Virus record (IMG/VR): IMGVR_UViG_3300034417_000014
Span: 1-64,000 of that record
Source: a virus
Reading direction: 5' to 3' (one strand)
Length of the DNA: 64,000 nucleotides
Shown here: in pieces, positions 61,119 through 64,000 of the stretch
Layout: every line of letters begins with the position of its first letter
Position numbering within the stretch: position 1 is the first letter of the stretch
Translations under genes and position numbers: made by a program
Notes under the pieces: generated by a model
Databases searched by the model: none
Told to the model about the DNA's origin: nothing
The model's input: only the letters and a program-made list of their open reading frames with translations

Positions 61119-64000
61119 TACAATCTCATGTTAGTGTTAGTTAAGTTCGAAACAATATCAATGTCCGAAACTGTTGCTGTAGAGATAAAAATCTCGTTGG
61201 GCTCCGATTTCACCTGGAACAAATTACCAAACTGCGATGTGCCATACGTTGGCACTAATACGACAGACGAAATAACTCCAGTCAACTGCTTATGTATGTA
61301 TGCTGCAAGCTCAGTAAAATAAAATGTTTCACCGAAGTCCCAGTTGTCAATTCCAAAGAATGAATCTATTGCTGAGATCACTTTAGATTTTATCTCATTG
61401 TCCGAAAACGTCGTAGTTGTTGTTTTAATAACTTTAAATCTTGCTTGTAATTCTGGTGCTGCTGATCTTCCAAACAGTACTCTAAAGGACGCAGAGTTAA
61501 ACACAATTTCATCTGACAGCATTTTATAATCATTGAACGTGTCATATGCTACGGATAACTCTTGTGTGGTCGGTTTAGGTGGAAACTCAGTTATAGGAAG
61601 ATTGCTATTTTTCCATGACAACACGCCGTTGTAGTATGCGTCTGTCAGCACAATCATATCCATGATGTTGCTAATACTTGGGTCTATTCTATTATCAATT
61701 GGCGCGTAGTGTCTCCACTTGAATGTAAACGGCTCAGTTTCAACATTTGTGTTCAACGTAAATGATCTTCCGTTTCTAACAAAGTGTTCTGAATCTGTAA
61801 CAAGCGACACTGGTGCTCCAGGTTGCAAGTTTATTATTTTATTAATCTCTGCACTGTCAATCGACATTATATTTATCGGAGAAAAATTCGTCATATTATT
61901 GACAATAATTTCATCACTAATAGGTTCCCGCTTTTCAATATACACAATCTTAGTTGCAATAATTGCCGCTTCAGCAGTTTGTGTCAAGTGAGTCGAAATC
62001 AAAGAGTTCACTGCATTAAGAAATGCAACTTGTGTTCCGTCTTTAATTAAGAATAGTTCGTTTGACAGTAAGTCAGAATATGTTAATCCTGTAAATGGAT
62101 CTATTCTAAAATCAGACCATTTAGATTGCCACAACAATCTAGTTTTGTTGTTGTCGCTGTCAATATAGTTAATTAAAAATATGATATCATCCTGAGACAC
62201 AAGTCTGTTAAATAATTCTGGCTCATCTGGAATACCATCCTTGTTAGTATCGGCTGGAATAACTTCAACCTTGCTTGGATCTAAATAACCATCTTCCTCA
62301 AACACAGGATTAAACAAATTTAAAATTGCTTTGCTGCCAAGAGGTGTAGCATTATCTGTATACTTCACAATAATTTTATCAGTTGCGGATACAGCGCCAA
62401 TGTCTGTAGCGGAAATAAATCCGTTATGGATAGGCAACGGAGCTCCGCTTGTACCAATGACTGTGTAAATTGATGCAGTTGCATTTGAATTAGATATCGA
62501 CCTATCAGCTAAAAATATTCCAGTTCCTACGCTGTAAGATATAGACATGTTACTGGCATTAACCCAATAACCGCCAGACTGAATCCACGTCTCAGTGTAG
62601 TTTGGAGATGCGTTACTATCAAGGATTTCAATTTCATCTACATCTGATTCAAGTGTTTGAACGTCGAAGTTTTCTTGGTTAGTATCAAAGAAGAATCTAA
62701 CTTCCTGAAGTGACTCAAACACATATCTAGAACCACGAGAAACAAAAGTGTATGCCACTTCTGTCGGATCAAAAGTTGCATCCACCAGCCAGCTATTTTC
62801 CGGAGTCGACAAATTAAAATAATCATTTGATGGTGTAGACACCAGCGACCACAAATCCAACTCCACATCGTATGCAATTCCGAAATTATTTCTTTTTATC
62901 ATTTCAGACGAAATGTTTGTTAGCTCAGCATCAGTAAATTCTTTTCTAAATGCTGGCATAATATCGTGTACTCGCCAACCTTTTGGTATTTCTACGCTAA
63001 ACGTAAACATCACGCCGTCAACAAGCGTACCTGTGTGTTGTGTAACTGAATCTACCACTGCCCATTGGAAGTCGCTTGATGAAGCTGGGTTAACAAATTT
63101 TACCATTGCACCTGGCTCAAAGAATCTGAAATATCCAAAATCCTTATCGTAAATAGGAGCATTAGACACAGGGTGGTTTCCAACTTGCGTGCCTGGCTGT
63201 GCCAAATAATTAAACTTGGCTCCAGAAGCACTGAGTATGTTGCCAGTATTATTCTTTGCTGCGTCTGGCTGCGGGCTCCAAGTGTAAGAGCCTAAAAATT
63301 CATACACATTAAATTGATTGTATGTTGAAGAATTAAGATCATACTCAGATGATTTTAATCTTTTATACTCATTTAAATAATCACTGTAAAAGAAATTGCT
63401 CAGCTGTGTGCCTTTTAAAAATGCAGTTAAGTCACTGGACGCAATGGAGTATTCTTCACCTGGGTTATTATTAAGGTAAGAAGTAATAGTTGGAACTCGA
63501 CCGTCTTTATATAACGCTCCGTCTTCTGCCAGCAATAACAAATTTTGATGGAAACCAGTTGGGTCGTTAATGTCAATATAGCGACTGTGCCCAGCATGTG
63601 TTCTGTTAATTGTCTTAATTTTTGCGATGCTGTTACCTTGCGACAGCGGGAACACGTTGTAGTCTTCGTTGTTCACCATTCGATTTTGTGTGTAATAAAC
63701 TTGTGGAGCTCTAACTTTAATCTCTTCGTTTGTTTCAGACGGAGAAGAATTGTTGATGGATTCTTGCAAGCTGCATGAGAATGTCATCACGTACTGCAAG
63801 TTATCTGCACCGTAATAAGGAATAATAACTTCTAAGTTTTGTGCATCTTCAGGACGCAACACATACGATGTCCCAGCAGATGTTCTTACCCATGTTCTGA
63901 ATAAGCCTGTTGGGATTTCACCAAAGTTGCCATCTGGAAACTCAATGTCGATTGCATCTCCAGTTTTTGTTATGACAGAATAAATCTTTCTAACATTTTT
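61118..64000 (-). CDS. Baseplate wedge subunit (T4 gp6-like), 5' end outside window
   Basis: Frame is open to the window edge; FPDGNFGEIP, APQVYYTQNRMV..EDY and WDFGETFY motifs. Confidence 0.82.
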   Translation of the reverse strand, partial: KNVRKIYSVITKTGDAIDIEFPDGNFGEIPTGLFRTWVRTSAGTSYVLRPEDAQNLEVIIPYYGADNLQYVMTFSCSLQESINNSSPSETNEEIKVRAPQVYYTQNRMVNNEDYNVFPLSQGNSIAKIKTINRTHAGHSRYIDINDPTGFHQNLLLLAEDGALYKDGRVPTITSYLNNNPGEEYSIASSDLTAFLKGTQLSNFFYSDYLNEYKRLKSSEYDLNSSTYNQFNVYEFLGSYTWSPQPDAAKNNTGNILSASGAKFNYLAQPGTQVGNHPVSNAPIYDKDFGYFRFFEPGAMVKFVNPASSSDFQWAVVDSVTQHTGTLVDGVMFTFSVEIPKGWRVHDIMPAFRKEFTDAELTNISSEMIKRNNFGIAYDVELDLWSLVSTPSNDYFNLSTPENSWLVDATFDPTEVAYTFVSRGSRYVFESLQEVRFFFDTNQENFDVQTLESDVDEIEILDSNASPNYTETWIQSGGYWVNASNMSISYSVGTGIFLADRSISNSNATASIYTVIGTSGAPLPIHNGFISATDIGAVSATDKIIVKYTDNATPLGSKAILNLFNPVFEEDGYLDPSKVEVIPADTNKDGIPDEPELFNRLVSQDDIIFLINYIDSDNNKTRLLWQSKWSDFRIDPFTGLTYSDLLSNELFLIKDGTQVAFLNAVNSLISTHLTQTAEAAIIATKIVYIEKREPISDEIIVNNMTNFSPINIMSIDSAEINKIINLQPGAPVSLVTDSEHFVRNGRSFTLNTNVETEPFTFKWRHYAPIDNRIDPSISNIMDMIVLTDAYYNGVLSWKNSNLPITEFPPKPTTQELSVAYDTFNDYKMLSDEIVFNSASFRVLFGRSAAPELQARFKVIKTTTTTFSDNEIKSKVISAIDSFFGIDNWDFGETFYFTELAAYIHKQLTGVISSVVLVPTYGTSQFGNLFQVKSEPNEIFISTATVSDIDIVSNLTNTNMRL

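Noticed and set aside
8259-63778. Numerous antisense or overlapping track ORFs opposite well-supported genes
   Set aside because: Shadow frames with no RBS, promoter or recognisable motifs.

Overview
This window is a segment of a large lytic myovirus (jumbo phage) genome. The structural genes and layout resemble RaK2/GAP32/CBB/XacN1/Atu_ph07-type phages (inferred, not searched). The host is probably a gamma- or beta-proteobacterium, given the CTGT-N8-ACAG SOS boxes, sigma70 promoters and an outer-membrane beta-barrel. Layout: (1) 1-4.2 kb, a minus-strand array of small paralogues ending in an 'xxLKYG/FKL' motif; (2) a GH19 lysin with a signal peptide behind a T4-type late promoter; (3) 5.1-6.7 kb, a non-coding hub with mirrored CTATATAG repeats, SOS boxes, Fur-like boxes and convergent promoters; (4) 6.7-38.3 kb, a host-takeover region of roughly 85 small + strand genes, three tRNAs and two candidate ncRNAs, built from about 60 repeated sigma70 promoter-leader-RBS cassettes, with repeat blocks at 28.1-28.95 and 35.8-36.6 kb; it ends in DNA nearly free of GA/TC/GG/CC and then a tandem array of seven LexA boxes; (5) 38.5-42.3 kb, a second, mirror-oriented array of the same paralogue superfamily; (6) 42.4-64 kb, minus-strand tail fibres, their chaperones, a 3766-aa virion protein and a partial baseplate wedge. 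The most interesting candidate system is a possible first-entering terminal region combining sequence-level immune evasion with host transcription-factor decoy arrays and shuffled promoter cassettes. All coordinates and counts were read by hand.
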